Of a stretch of 64,000 nt of DNA, positions 1 through 13,483 are shown in pieces. The position numbers were made by a program, and so were the translations under genes. The stretch comes from Rhizophagus irregularis (taxonomy: Eukaryota): the NCBI RefSeq assembly GCF_026210795.1, contig NC_089432.1:4340001-4404000 (forward strand). Direction: 5' to 3'. The notes under the pieces were generated by a model. It ran no database searches and was not told the origin of the DNA. It saw only the letters and a list, made by a program, of their open reading frames with translations. Within the stretch, counting starts at the first letter, position 1. Every line of letters begins with the position of its first letter.

Positions 1-77
1 GGCATTATATTCATCTGAATTTTTATCATACTTGCTTATATTATCATCTAATCACTTGATTTATTTTATAGTTTATT

Positions 78-960
78 ATGGAAAAACATATAATTGATTA
101 TCTTAGAACAAGTGAATATCGAAGTTGGGGTGTCCTAAGTGTTTTACAATATTTGTCTGTTAATATTAAATACACGAATGACAATATCAAAGAAAATTTC
201 TCGGATATTACAACAACAATTAGATGTAACATTACAGGATCCCAATATCTTCAAGTTAGCGTGAGATAAAGCAAAAAAAATTTCAGAAAATTTAGCATTA
301 GATATAAATAAACCGGAAGTTCAAGATTTTCTAAGCGTAATGGTGGCTAGTTATAAGCTTACTTTTAATGTTTACTACTAAAATTTATTAAACTAACTAT
401 ACTAATAACTGCCAATAGGAACAAGAGGAAGAAGAAATACCAGCCCAAGACGTTCAACCTTCTCAAGACAAACCAGAACTTTCACAAGAACTTTCACCAC
501 TACCATATACGTTATATGAAAACGATATGCAGTTTGTATTATTTATTTCTGTTGTAAAGGATTTGCATTCAATTTTATATATATTTATGTATTTTTACTT
601 TATTTTACAGTTATACAATCATTATTTATACTCCTAGTATAATTTCAAAGAATTAATTAACAATCGGAGTAGAAAATAAATTACTAGTAATAGAAGGAAG
701 TTCTTACATAAATGATGAAAGTAGCAAATATGGGAAAATAATAAAAAATTCATGGCCCCTAGGACTCAACTTAAAGATACTACTTCCGACTAAGTAAGTT
801 GTGATAAAAATTGGAAGTATTTTATTAATATTTAATATATACTAATTTGCTTGTTTTTTGAGCAGAGTCGATCTAACAGATAAAGTTGTAGTTAACATTG
901 AACAAAAAGGGGTAACAAAACTGGTAATTAAAAAGTCGCGAGTAATGCTAACAATAGCAT
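78..960 (+). pseudogene. Degenerate multi-exon hypothetical gene relic
   Basis: Short ORF 78-269 followed by coding-like blocks bounded by intron-like ends (e.g. aatag|gaacaagagg near 418, gtaagt near 792-801). Stops interrupt the frames; no family recognised. Confidence 0.25.
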
Positions 961-3216
961 AATTTAAATTTTTTTTTGCGGTACCTCGAGCAACAAACCA
1001 GTAAAAAAGATTTGGGTTTGATATGATTAAACATTTAGCAAAAAGACATTATGAATATAATTATTAAAAAATGAATTAAGAATAATATTATGTTACAAAT
1101 CTACATTTCTTTTTGAAGCAAGAAGTTCTTTTCCTTATGTTTGACTAAGCTTATATAGAATATTTGGATTAGTTAATTGTAATTAAATATTATTTTGTGT
1201 GGAGATATTTTTACTATGTACAAGATATCTTATAGGTTACTTGGATATAGTTTTGTAACTTACATGCACAGTTCTTCATAGTATTATTATATTTTACATA
1301 ATATAGTGCTCAAATAATTAATAAATTGATATCACTTTTAATTTTTAATGAAATATGTTTAGATTGTATTTTATTTATTTATTTGTATGTTATTATTATT
1401 TATTTACAGCGCATAGCCGTAAACTATCATTTTCACAAATCATTTTTTGACTAAAAAATGTGTATTGATTTTTTAATAAGGATATAAAATATCGATTTTT
1501 GGAAACTGATCCGATCTTGTGGATACGATAAACACTTCTCTTTAATAATAATTTTATTTTACCAAAACTCGTTCTTGCTGAGGGTAATTACTTGACAAAA
1601 TTCACAGCAGAAGAATTAAATGGATTCTGGGGAGGATATTTGGGTCAACCTCTCAAAGATCATACTCACATCATCATAGAATACCTTATTTGGTTTTGAA
1701 GCAAGAATTAACAGGAGTATTGGCACGTATAGAATTATGGGATCGAGGTAAAAGTTCGTCTAGGGTCTAGAAGTGTCTAATAATTATATATATTCGTACT
1801 ATACTTTGTTTTACACTCTAAACTATAAATTATCCTGTTACTATCACAAGAATGCGACGAAAAGCGGTGGAGTTAATTGTCTATTATTGACATATTGTTA
1901 TTAAAAAAAAATCCTAGAAAATTTTTTTATACCAAACTATTACTAAAAAAAATCTAATTAAATTTTTTATAAATCTCACTAAACACAATCTATTGTTATA
2001 AAAAAATCTTTCATTAATTTATTAGTAGTATTAGTATAAAACTCACTCACTATATCCAAAAGTACACTAGTTTATTAATTAAATCTAACAGCCAATGTTT
2101 TATTATTTACGACAAACATCACTAAAACAAATGTATTGTATATTACTTTATTTGATATAATAAATTTTATTTAACAAATTATAAAATCTATATTTTAATC
2201 TTTACTAGAAAAAAATATAAATTTATTTGTCATACTCCCATAGACCGAACATAGCTTTTAGCCTACCCCCAAATTAAGATAATTTTAAAATTCATATATA
2301 AAAAGGCTTTTAGCTATAATAAAATGATTTAACATTTAAATTCCATAGAATGTTTCAATTTCAATAATATTAATAATTTCATTAATAGGCGAATTATCCC
2401 AACATTTTATCATTAAATCAAATAAGATTTTGGAGTTCCTTTAATATCGAAAATTCATTACGTAATAATAATATATCATATTATAGTATAACACTATAAT
2501 TTGAATCTTCCAAAAAGATTCTGAAAAATTCTTATAAAACGTTTCCCATATGAAAATCGCGATGTATGTATCCATGATCATGTTTAACTGCTATTTCTAA
2601 TAATATTTCTAATCAAGTTGAAAATATTAGAAAGGGAGAAGAATGAAATATAAGATCTTCGGTATGAAAGCCATCTGATCTACTTAATCTTCCATCAACT
2701 TGTGTCCAAAGAACTTTCTAACATTATTTACAGTTATACTAAAAAATATTCGAATCTCCGTTTCATTACTATTGATTTCTTATCTATTACATTCCATACG
2801 GAAATGACAACAATTCACATCCTAAAAAAAATGGAAAAACTCCACTATATCATGACACGACAGAAATCTAATTACTACAAGCAATCTTCTTGTAAAAGCA
2901 AACAGTGTAATAATGATAGTAAGGTCACTTCCCGCAACATTACCTAGCAAGAACTACCGTTCCAACATCATCACCCAGAATGAACCTGAGTTCTCTTTGA
3001 TGTTTGACTCGTCATCAATACCATTTTGTACCTCTTAGGATGGTGAATGGTGTCTAAATCTGAATGGTAAAAATTCTGGTGGTATGCGTTTATTTTATTG
3101 TCAACAAATTATTTCTATTTTAAAAATAAATTTTTTTTTTAGCTCTATCAATAAAGAATTTGAAGTGATCAGCCAGATTGATGTGCTACGGTAAAATTGC
3201 TTAATATTATTAATTA

Positions 3217-3483
3217 GGCAATTTCTATTTGTACACGGGGTGTTTAAACACGGGTCATATTAGTAGATTAAAAACGGCATTCAAAACCTCCTTTAATGCC
3301 TTAAGTAAATTTGCAGAGCAGGTGAAAATACATATATTTATCTGTAATATAATAAGAATAAAAAGTAAAAGAGTATAATGTTGGTAGCATTCAATTTCAA
3401 ATTAAAAAACAAAAAATTAGTCTATTAAAAATTATATTTATATGACCCGTGTACAAACACCCCGTGTAAACTTAGAAATTTTC
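3217..3483. mobile_element. MITE with ~44 bp imperfect TIRs, TA-flanked
   Basis: Left ggcaatttctatttgtacacggggtgtttaaacacgggtcatat matches the reverse complement of the right end (gaaaatttctaagtttacacggggtgtttgtacacgggtcatat). TA on both sides; no ORF. Confidence 0.8.
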
Positions 3484-4316
3484 TATTAATTATTAAATTT
3501 CTACTATATTTTTTTATTATTATTAATAAAAAAATACATTAACAGTTAAATTAAAATTAGTGTATTTTGTAGTTATTATTAATTATTTGCAAATTATTTA
3601 TTAATAAAGTTCGAATCAAATGAATCAAATGGAGAATTTTGAAACGATCAGCAATACTCTCTATCGTGATTAAAATAGTTGGTCGCATTTTTTAAGGAAT
3701 TGATCACATAGCTAGCTGTACGTAACAAACAATATTAAGAATTACTTGGCGGCTGTTATTCGTACTCTGTAGTAAACCATGTGATTAGAATCACGTAAAT
3801 TGTCAGTTTATTGCGCCAGAAGAGATCTTTCTTGTTTTGAGTTGGTGGATCAAAGAGAAAATGCACTCTATGCCAACAGTCTGGACATAATTCTCACACT
3901 TGCCAATTAAAGATTGATTACAAGGAGGGTGTACCTCCTAAAATCTAACTTAGAACAAAAAACTATATATATATAATGAAAATATTATTTTTAAATTTTA
4001 TATAAAAACTTAATAAAATTTAAACTTGGTTTAATTATTATTCAGTCATGGAGTAATAGTTAGAATGGATTTACTTTATTTATTAGGATTAGTTGTTTTG
4101 AAAAATTAATGAAGGATCCCGTTGAAAAGCACATTATTTTTATATAAACTTCTGAAAATTCATAAGCAATATATACTAAAACAATATGTGGGTGAATCAA
4201 TTATTTAAAATATTAGAAATTTCATATTACTTGTAGTAGGACGTCCAAAAATTTAAAGAATAAAATTTAAGTTTATTTATAAAATTTACAAAATTTTCTA
4301 TGTTATACCACTAATA

Positions 4317-5894
4317 TTAAAAATCTTCCAATTCTTCTACAAATTTTAATTTAGAATCAATAATTAAATCACGATATTTTTGAATTTTAATATTATATAA
4401 CTCAAATTCCTTCACTTCATCTTTCAATGAAAACAAATCAGTAGTGATATTAATAATAGCCAAATATTTGACTCTTTTCTTTTTCATAATATATTCTTTT
4501 ATATAGGATAATATAAGATCATTAGTATCATCACAACCTTCCTTATCTTTACTTCCCCTATTATTGATTAACAATTTTTTAATAAAAGTATTCTGAGAAT
4601 TTTTTAAGAACATTTCAAAATCATTCTTATATTTAATACTAAGAGTTAAACTTAAATATTCTAATTTAATAGGAAGTAATTGACCTAAATTTTGTAATAT
4701 AATTGAACTAAGTTCAATAGTACTTGAAAGACCATAACTGTCAAAGATATTAATAGAAAGATGATTAAGATTTTGTTTTAAATTTTCAATTAAATTGAAT
4801 AATGGGTAAATAATTCGACTATTAAATACAGTCAAATCAAGAAATTTGATACTTTTACAATATTTTATAATTAATTCAAGTAATTGTTTCTCCTTAGATA
4901 ACAAAGCAGAACCAAATCTAAATCCAAAATTTTCTAAATAATCACCATATTTTTGTAATAATGATTCAACAATTTGTAATTCATTATTACTATATAAGAA
5001 TATAGATTTTAACTTAAATGGTCTATTTAAGTTAATTATTTGTTGAATAAAATCAGTACCTAGAATACAATCAATGATATGAACAGATTCTAAAACATTT
5101 AACTGTTTAAATAGTTTGCCTAAATTGGTCATAACTTTGAAATTGAGGCTAGAAAATATGATTGTATTTAAAGTATTTGATGAATGATTATAATCTTTTG
5201 ATAGCAATGATGATTGATATATAGGAAAACTATTATAAGTCAATGAAATTTTTTTAAGATTTTGACATAAATTAATCATTTGAGATGTACGATTTTTTGT
5301 ATGGCTAAATGAGGCATCAGTACAACTGAGTTTTAAATTTCTAATATTATGAAAGAAACCTGGGTTATGTAACATTAATTCAATCATATCATCTATATAG
5401 GAATCATAACAGTGATAATAGGTGATGAAAATATCAAAAGTATGTATGTTTACTTCATTTTCAATAAATATTTTAAATAATGACATGTAAATTAATCTCT
5501 TAAATTCAAGTATTGAGCTATTTTCAAGTTTTAAAATTCTATCAACATCTTTAGACCATTCTTCAATAGAAGAAATAATTTTTTGTGTATACAAATATTT
5601 TAAAAAAATGGGATAATTAAAAAGTGTATTTGAAGGAAATAAATTATCATCAATTTTATATTCATTTAATTGTGCTTTTAAATCACCATTTAAATTATAT
5701 AAATAAATTCCAATAAAATTATAATTTTTGTTAGGAATTGAAAATGGATTTTCCCATAATAATGGAATCGCTAAACGACACCATAATCTGTTAACTAATA
5801 TACATGAATGTAAAGTTGAAAAATCATTCTTAAAATATTTTATAACATCATATGTTAATTCAGGTAAATCTGAAAATATTTTTGAATATGACAT
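4317..5894 (-). CDS. F-box-like / RNI-type leucine-rich protein, 525 aa, intronless
   Basis: N-terminal LPELTYDVIKYF..LHSCILVNRLWCRLAIPLLWENPF is an F-box-like motif; Leu-rich repeats follow. Typical of a family expanded in Glomeromycotina. Confidence 0.85.
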   Translation of the reverse strand: MSYSKIFSDLPELTYDVIKYFKNDFSTLHSCILVNRLWCRLAIPLLWENPFSIPNKNYNFIGIYLYNLNGDLKAQLNEYKIDDNLFPSNTLFNYPIFLKYLYTQKIISSIEEWSKDVDRILKLENSSILEFKRLIYMSLFKIFIENEVNIHTFDIFITYYHCYDSYIDDMIELMLHNPGFFHNIRNLKLSCTDASFSHTKNRTSQMINLCQNLKKISLTYNSFPIYQSSLLSKDYNHSSNTLNTIIFSSLNFKVMTNLGKLFKQLNVLESVHIIDCILGTDFIQQIINLNRPFKLKSIFLYSNNELQIVESLLQKYGDYLENFGFRFGSALLSKEKQLLELIIKYCKSIKFLDLTVFNSRIIYPLFNLIENLKQNLNHLSINIFDSYGLSSTIELSSIILQNLGQLLPIKLEYLSLTLSIKYKNDFEMFLKNSQNTFIKKLLINNRGSKDKEGCDDTNDLILSYIKEYIMKKKRVKYLAIINITTDLFSLKDEVKEFELYNIKIQKYRDLIIDSKLKFVEELEDF

Positions 5895-7044
5895 ATTGTA
5901 AGCGGTGAGAAATAAAAGTGGTATTAGTGTATGGGAGTATCGCTTATATTAATTTCAGAATTATAATTTCCGAGTATTGTCGATCCATGTGGTGTAACAT
6001 ACTCAATAATAGGGTATTAAGTTGTATTATGTCAATCAAAGTTTACCGATGATGATCACGGAAATTATCATTTGACGCTTTAATACTCAAAAATTTTATT
6101 TATTAAACCATTTCATAAAATAAATAGTATGAAATGGAATACACATATTATTAATTTCTTATCAATTATAAATTATTTAAGTTGGTCTTTTTTTTAACGG
6201 AAATTTGCTAAACGTCACATACATATTACATAATTTCTTTATTTGATAAATACATAACGAATTTATTGTGAGAAATCCAAAGTCAAATTTTTGCTGGAAA
6301 ATTTTAATTTGATCATTTATTATTGAGAAATTATTTTTGGTTTATCTACTTTTAAATTTAGATAATTAAATGGGTCGGATACCATAGAAGTAATGTTTCT
6401 TGCTAAAAATTTTTTGATTTTTTTTGGCTGATTAGCTGGAATCACTTACGTATTACATTGATTTATTATGTCAATCTTAAGACTATTAGAGCGCTAAAAA
6501 AAGAAAGTTTTTCAATATTCAATACTTTACAATTTTTAATTTTAACTATAAATAAATTATTCCGAAATAAAATTGGTATTTCTACAATTTACCGTATATT
6601 TTTTTTCATCGGTAAAATGTTTATCATAAAAAATAAAAAAACGAGGAAAAAGAATTTGAGATCAAATCATTCCAAAATAAGTTTAGATAATTTTAACTAA
6701 ATAGTTTATTTTGAAACAAGGTATAATTGAAACTTGGAGGCTTAACTCCGAAGTCCACTAAAATGACGTGACGATGTACAATATAGATTATAAGTTACTC
6801 ATATCAGTCATATGAATAACAAGTGAGTCACAACACGTCATGAGTAATTGAGTATATAATTTAAAAAAATATAAATATCTTTTATCTTCTTTTTTTTCAT
6901 CTTCTTTATCTTCTTTTTTTTAGGTCTATTTTTTTCGTCCAGGTCTTCTCTTTATTAGGTCTCTTAGGCTCCTTTCTTTACGTCTTCCTTTAGGTATGTG
7001 GGTTGGGAGTGTGGGTTTGTGTTGTGTGTTGGTAGTGTGTGTAT

Positions 7045-7930
7045 TTTTCGTATTCCCTCCTTCCCTTCGTCTCCCTTTCCCTTTCGTACTCCCCTTTCCT
7101 TTTCGCCCTTTTCGTACTCCACTTCCCCTTTCGTATTCCCCTTTCCCTTACGTTCTCCCCTTTCGTTCTCCCCTTTCCCTTTCGTATTCCCCGTTCCCTT
7201 TCGTATTCCCCATTCCCTTTCGTACTCCCCATTCCCTTTCGTATTCCCCATTCCCTTTCGTATTCCCCATTCCCTTTCGTATTCCCCTTTCCCTTTCGTA
7301 TTCCCCTTTCCCTTTCGTATTCCCCTTTCCCTTACGTTCTCCCCTTTCGTTCTCCCCTTTCCCTTTCGTATTCTCCGTTCCCTTTCGTATTCCCCTTTCC
7401 CTTTCGTATTCCCTTTTCCCTTTCGTATTCCCCTTTCCCTTTCGTATTCCCCTTTCCCTTTCGTATTCCCCTTTCCCTTTCGTATTCCCCTTTCCCTTTC
7501 GTATTCCCCTTTCCCTTTCGTATTCCCCTTTCCCTTTCGTATTCCGTATTTCCCTTTCCCTTTCGTATTCCGTATTCCCCTTTCCCTTTCGTATTCCCCT
7601 TTCCTTTCGTATTACCCCTTTCCCTTTCGTTCTCCTCTTTCGTATTCCCTTTCCCTTTCTTACTCCCCTTTCCCTTTCGTATTCCCTTACACTTTCGTAT
7701 TCCCCTTCCCTTTCGTATTCCCCTTTCCCTTTCGTATTTCCCTTTCCCTTACGTTCTCCCTTTCGTTCTCCCCTTTCCCTTTCGTATTCCCCCTTTCCTT
7801 TCGTTCTTCCCTTTCCCTTTCGTTCTCCCTTTCCCCTTCGTTCTCCCTTTCCCCTTCGTTCTCCCCTTTCCCTTTCGTATTCCCCTTTCCCTTTCGTACT
7901 CCCCTTTCCTTTCGTTTTCCCCTTCCCCCC
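7045..7930. repeat. Polypyrimidine minisatellite, unit about CCCTTTCGTATTCCCCTTT
   Basis: Dozens of ~19 bp units read directly. Explains the stacked low-complexity ORFs on both strands at 6964-8028. Confidence 0.95.
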
Positions 7931-9397
7931 TGATCAATGTTGCTGCACCTCAACGTGGTGATCAGGTGACAACAAGTTTTTTAAAAGACTTGGCTAAGTC
8001 AGCAACAAATAATCATGAATGGATTTAATAGAACATGCCGCAAGTTTTAATTTTGAAAGAGCCGTTTATATTAACTTATTAACTCGTTTTCCGGAGATCC
8101 AAATACTATCGTAAATATTATCATTGAAGCCAGTTCAGAATTCGGATGAATATGGAAGTATGTATATATATATAAATTTCAACAAGTTCTGTGATTAATA
8201 ACTATTTAATTAATATTTATTAGTTATAATAGGTATTATCAACTTTTGTGTGGTACTCTTCAGAGCTACTTCCAAAATACGCATTGAAATGTCCTTTCCC
8301 AACTTTGTTTTTTTATTATCCCATTTCCTGTCAGTCCATATTGCTTTATAAAAACACCTTGAAAAAACCCTGACCTTAATAAACCAAATATAATGATCTA
8401 CATATAATTCCGAATGATTTTTCTATTCCTAATTAATTTATTATTATTCTTGAAGAAATTAATTAAATATATAAACAAAATTAAAAATGCTTGTTTCAAT
8501 AATAATAAAAGATCCCTACAAAAGTTTCTAATAATAGTAAGTTCATAGAATAATTTTAACTTCTTATTAAAAAATTTAGTTGCCATTCTTCAAAGAATTT
8601 CAATAATTTTTTTACCTGAATAAACACATTGTTTATCAACGATTCTTTTCATTCATTAGCTGAATAGTAAATAGACATGAATATTCTTTAAGTTATTTCA
8701 AAATTCCTATAAGTAATACAATACATTCCTTGGAAGACCTTTTTTTCCTTTTTAATTGAAGGTAAAAAACTTAAAGACAGAAAAAAACGATTTATTCATG
8801 TTTATATGATATAATTTATAATGCGGATTATATACACTCTTTTTTTTTATTTTAATCGTTCTGCCATGATGATCTTGAGAATAATATGATTTCTTTATCT
8901 GTTATACAGTAATTGCTTTAGTTTGCACTCCAATTTTCTTAAACTTGATTTATCTCCCTTTAAAAATCAACTATATAAATGATAAATTTAGAAAATTTTA
9001 TAGGATTCTAATATTATATATAGAGAACTAAATTCTATAAAAGAAGAACTTTGAGTGATTAAATACGAATGTTACAATTAATTATTCAATTAAAATTCAA
9101 GCAATTATTCCATTTTTATAATTGTTAAGGTTAATAACTTTTATTTATTTTATTAATTTATTTATTTATTCTATTTTTTTTTGATGGGAAAAAGTTAGAA
9201 AAGCTAAAATCAAGTTTATCAAAAATCATTTTGTAAATGTTTTACGTTTTTACTTATTTATTATCTGAGTTTTTTCTTATAATTTATTTTTAAAAAATAG
9301 AAAAGAATGCAAGCATTAAATTTTTATCCTTTTAAATTTCAATATTTGAAAAATATTTTAAATTAAAAACGAAAGATATATTATTATTAATAATAAA

Positions 9398-11673
9398 TTA
9401 TTGATCATCTTGAAATGTCTTTAATTTAATTTGTGCATCTAGATCACCTTGTTCGGCAGATTTTTCATACCAATAAATTGCTTTTCCTATATCTTTTGTA
9501 ATTCCATCTCCTTCTTCAAACATTAAAGCAAGATTATATTGTGCCGTATTACTTCCTAAATTTGCAGCATTTTGATATAATTCAAATGATTTTTGTTTAT
9601 CAATTGTAGTTCCAATACCTTTATAATAACAATATCCTAACATTGTTATTCCATCTGGATAACCTCCTTCAGCTGATTTCTTATATAATTCAAAAGCTTT
9701 ATTATAATCTTTTTCAACAAAAATTCCATCTTCATAAAATCTACTAAGACTATATATTGCTATTATATTACCATTATTTGCAGCTTTTTCATACCAATAA
9801 AAAGCTTTTTGATAATCTTTTTCAACACTTATTCCTTTTTTATAAAAATAACCAACTCCTAATTGACCACTTGAAAAATTTTCATTAGCCACTTTTTCAT
9901 AATAATCAAAAGATAATTTTTCATTTTTAACCGTTCCATATCCATGAAAATAACAATGACCAGTAAAATATTGTGATAATAAATGATTTTTTTCTGATGC
10001 ATTAATAAATAAATTAAATGCTTTCTCATTATTTTCACTTATTACAATACCATAATGATTAAAATATCCAAGTAAAAAAATAGAATTTAAACTATTTTGA
10101 TTACTTAATAACCAATTATAAATATCTTGTGAATTTATATTATGATTATTAAAATATTCTATAACTTTCTGTTTCACTGAATTTCTTTCAAATCCTTTAT
10201 TCATTAATCTAAAAATAAAATCATTTATTTCATCAACTATAATATTATAATCTTCAATTGCTTGTTTACTTAATATTACCATAGGATCAACTTCTTTTAT
10301 ATTAATTCTATCAAAATCTTGAATAAGTTGAGATAAATCTCCTTGTGATTCTGAATTATTATTACTTAAACAAGCTTCTTTATTTGATATTTGATGATTT
10401 TTTAATATTATATCTGTTTTTTTAATTATGCCGTTTAGCCAATCAACTACTTGATATATCGTTGGACGATTATCTGGTTCCCCATCCCAACATTCTGAAA
10501 CAAATATAATTTAAAATTAATAATGATTAAATTACAAAAAATTACAAATTTTAAAATTTAAAATACTACTTACTAGTATAGACTTTAACATATTCATTAG
10601 GAGTATCAGGAACAATAGTTTCTCTAAGACCTTGCGAAATTTCCAAAGCTAAATCAATATCATATTGTTCATCCTCAACATAAAAGGGAGGTCGCCCACT
10701 AGATATCTCCCATAATAATACACCAATACTGTAATTATCACTTGTTTCATTTAATGTGTACATCTGTATTGATTGGTTATTATTATTTCCTTGTCTACTA
10801 AAGCTTTTTGGATCGACATAAGGAACCATCCCAAACAATTTAGATTGAAAATTGGATGATGCTTCAATTCTTTTGGATAATCCAAAATCCGATAATTTAA
10901 TTGTATTATTATGGACTAATATACTACAGGAGTGCTATTAGAGAAACATACAGTATGTATATTCAAATGAGTAATATAAATAAATGTATCATTATTATTA
11001 ATCATATAATGTTAAATGAATTACCAAATCATAATGCACAATTTCTTTGTTATGTAAGTACGATACAGCACAAGATAACTGGTATGCCATATTATATTTG
11101 TCATTCCAAGTAAGCTTACTAAAATTTTCTTTCAAATAACTTCGAAGAGTACCACCGTTAGCATATTCCATCACTAACTGGTAATTATTATGATTTTCTA
11201 ATGAATAAAAAAAAAATAATTAATAAAATGAACTTTATGAAATTTTGCAATCAAAAGATATGCTTAATAATACCTGACTCAAGTTTCGTTATTCCATAAC
11301 AACGAATAATGTTATTATGAAAATCAACTTCACGCTGAATTTTTAACTAATGAAAATTTTTAAAAATAAGTATATTAAACAAAATCATTAAACATAAAAA
11401 AAAATGTATTTTATATTAAATTACCTCACGAATGATCTCTTTCATGGTGATGTTATCAAGATTAAAAAAAGATTTTAACGCAAATTGGGTTTCTGAATTT
11501 TTCCAATTTGCACGATATACGCTTCCAAATTTTCCAGTACCAATATGTTGAATATTATTAAATTGTTTATATTCATAAAGTTTTAAATATTCCTTATCAA
11601 CAGTTTCTTCAATCCAATTAATCCATTCATTTGTATACTCGGTATCTTGCATTTTGATATTATCAAATGACAT
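9398..11673 (-). CDS. TKL-type protein kinase fused to C-terminal SEL1-like repeats (5 exons); catalytic loop altered
   Basis: Exons join IGTGKFGSVY..ALK, LVMEYANGGTLRSYL, HYDL|HSCSIL, DFG, WEISSGRPPF and CWDGEPDNRP, then SEL1 repeats (AQYNLALMFEEGDGITKDIGKAIYWYEKSAEQG). GT-AG introns. Start at 11673 or 11652. Confidence 0.88.
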
Positions 11674-11860
11674 CGAACGTATTGAATAATAATAAGTTAA
11701 CAATAAAGTTGGAAAAAAATAAAAAGTAAAAATTATTGAGTATGCCTATTTTATGAATTTATTTAGTCGTACAAGTTGTACAGTGTTTCTGAATTACCTT
11801 TTACTAAACAAAGGTACAAAGGCGTCACCTGTTACTAAACAAAAGCGTCCAATCAATCAT

Positions 11861-11900
11861 GGTACCGCAGTACCGCAGTATATAATGACATCATCATGAA
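11861..11900 (-). promoter_or_regulatory. Conserved upstream motif TACTGCGGTAC of SEL1-family genes
   Basis: Same GC-containing motif upstream of all four family members (about 11861, 42955, 55643, 62512) in otherwise AT-rich DNA. Confidence 0.4.
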
Positions 11901-12558
11901 ATTTTTAAATTTTTAAGAAATACTATTAGTAATATCAATGTCGTAGAATTTATTAAAAGTATTATTTCAAGCCACAATTATTTCTGGGTATTATTAAAAT
12001 ATATACAACTTCTTAGATAATCAGATTAAAGAAAATGAAAAAAAAAGCTTTAACTCCTACCGTAATCATTCTAAACAACGTATTGAAAATCAAGTTATCA
12101 AAAGTAATCATTATAAAGTTTACATTTATATTGTTTAGAAATTTTATCAAAAAAAAAAAATATCATGATTTTATTACATTTATATCAAAACAAATTATAT
12201 TTTTTAAATATTCTAAAGGTTTTTATCCAAAAATTAAAAAAAATATTTAGTTCTAAATTAGTAAATTTTATTACCATGTGGTAAATATTATTAATTACAA
12301 ATTTTTAAAATTTAACTTTATTTATAGTTAAAAGTCTAATATCTCGAATAAATTTAATAATTTATAATAAGATTAAAGAATCGTTCGATAATTTAAATTG
12401 TTTATTGATTTTTTATTTTTTTTTTGGAAAAAGAAAAAAAAATTTTATTGAATGTTCGAATCTAAACTTTATCTAATAAAGTGACTTTTAATTTATACTA
12501 TCGTAAAAATATTAATCTTTTTTCTTAATAATAATAAAAGAATCAAAATCAACAATTA

Positions 12559-12823
12559 CCCTGTAAAAAAAAAATGTCCGGAAATTGTAGCTAAAAACAT
12601 CCGGAAAATGTCCGTGTGTCCGGAAAACGTCCAGAAAATTGCAATATTCCGGACACTTTTCGGACGCCGGGTCTGAACCCTCCTAGACATTTTCTGGACA
12701 TTTTCCGGAAAATGGAAATTTTCCAACGTCCGGAATATTGCAATATTCCGGACATATTCCAGACAAATAAACATTTTCCGGACGTTTTCAGCTACAATTT
12801 CCGGACATTCTTTTTTTATAGGG
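12559..12823. mobile_element. MITE with long TIRs starting CCCT and internal TCCGGA repeats (CMC/CACTA-like termini)
   Basis: ccctgtaaaaaaaaaatgtccggaaattgtagctaaaaacatccggaaaatgt is mirrored at the right end (...ttttccggacgttttcagctacaatttccggacattctttttttataggg). TSD not clear. Confidence 0.85.
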
Positions 12824-13483
12824 TTAAATAGTATACTAATTCATTAAGAAAAAGTTGGAAGCTATAATATATAATTACTAATATGATAACTTAAAATTTA
12901 TCAGATAACAAATAATAAGCTAAGAAATTTTATGCATGGAATCTTATTATTCTAATCTTAGTATCGAAAATATATCATTTATATCACCAAATATTAGGAT
13001 TATTGTAAAAAGAATGTTTCGTTACTTGTTATGTGAATTTTTCTGCATACCAAACTACTTTATAAGTTTCTTAATACTTTTAATGCAAAATCAATATTAG
13101 CAAGAGGTTATTGTAAACATAAACTATTTATTATAAAAAAAAATAAATTTGTTAATATAGAACGTGTGCACAATATCTTGTTATACTTTCATGAGGTTGA
13201 TAAGATTCTTACAACTTGTTTTAATAAATTCATATATAACGAATAGAATAATCTGTCATGATTCTATAATGACATAAATTTACGTTAAGATACTTAATTT
13301 TCGCCTAAATTAGTAAATACATTTAATAATTTGAATAAATTTATTAAAATTATTTAAATTACAAACTAAGAATTTTGTAAAACATTTACTACTCTAATCT
13401 TAGTGTTTAAATAATATAAGATAAATAAATAAATAAATAAATGATAATAATTTAAAATATAAAAAAAAAACATTGTTAAATGA

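Noticed and set aside
1500..3200. Scattered exon-like fragments and ORF 2702-2947
   Set aside because: Could not be assembled into a consistent spliced frame.
6964..8028. Overlapping 60-329 aa ORFs on both strands
   Set aside because: By-products of a stop-poor minisatellite; translations are the repeat unit in rotating frames.
12556..12831. Opposing 71-72 aa ORFs
   Set aside because: They coincide with a palindromic MITE.
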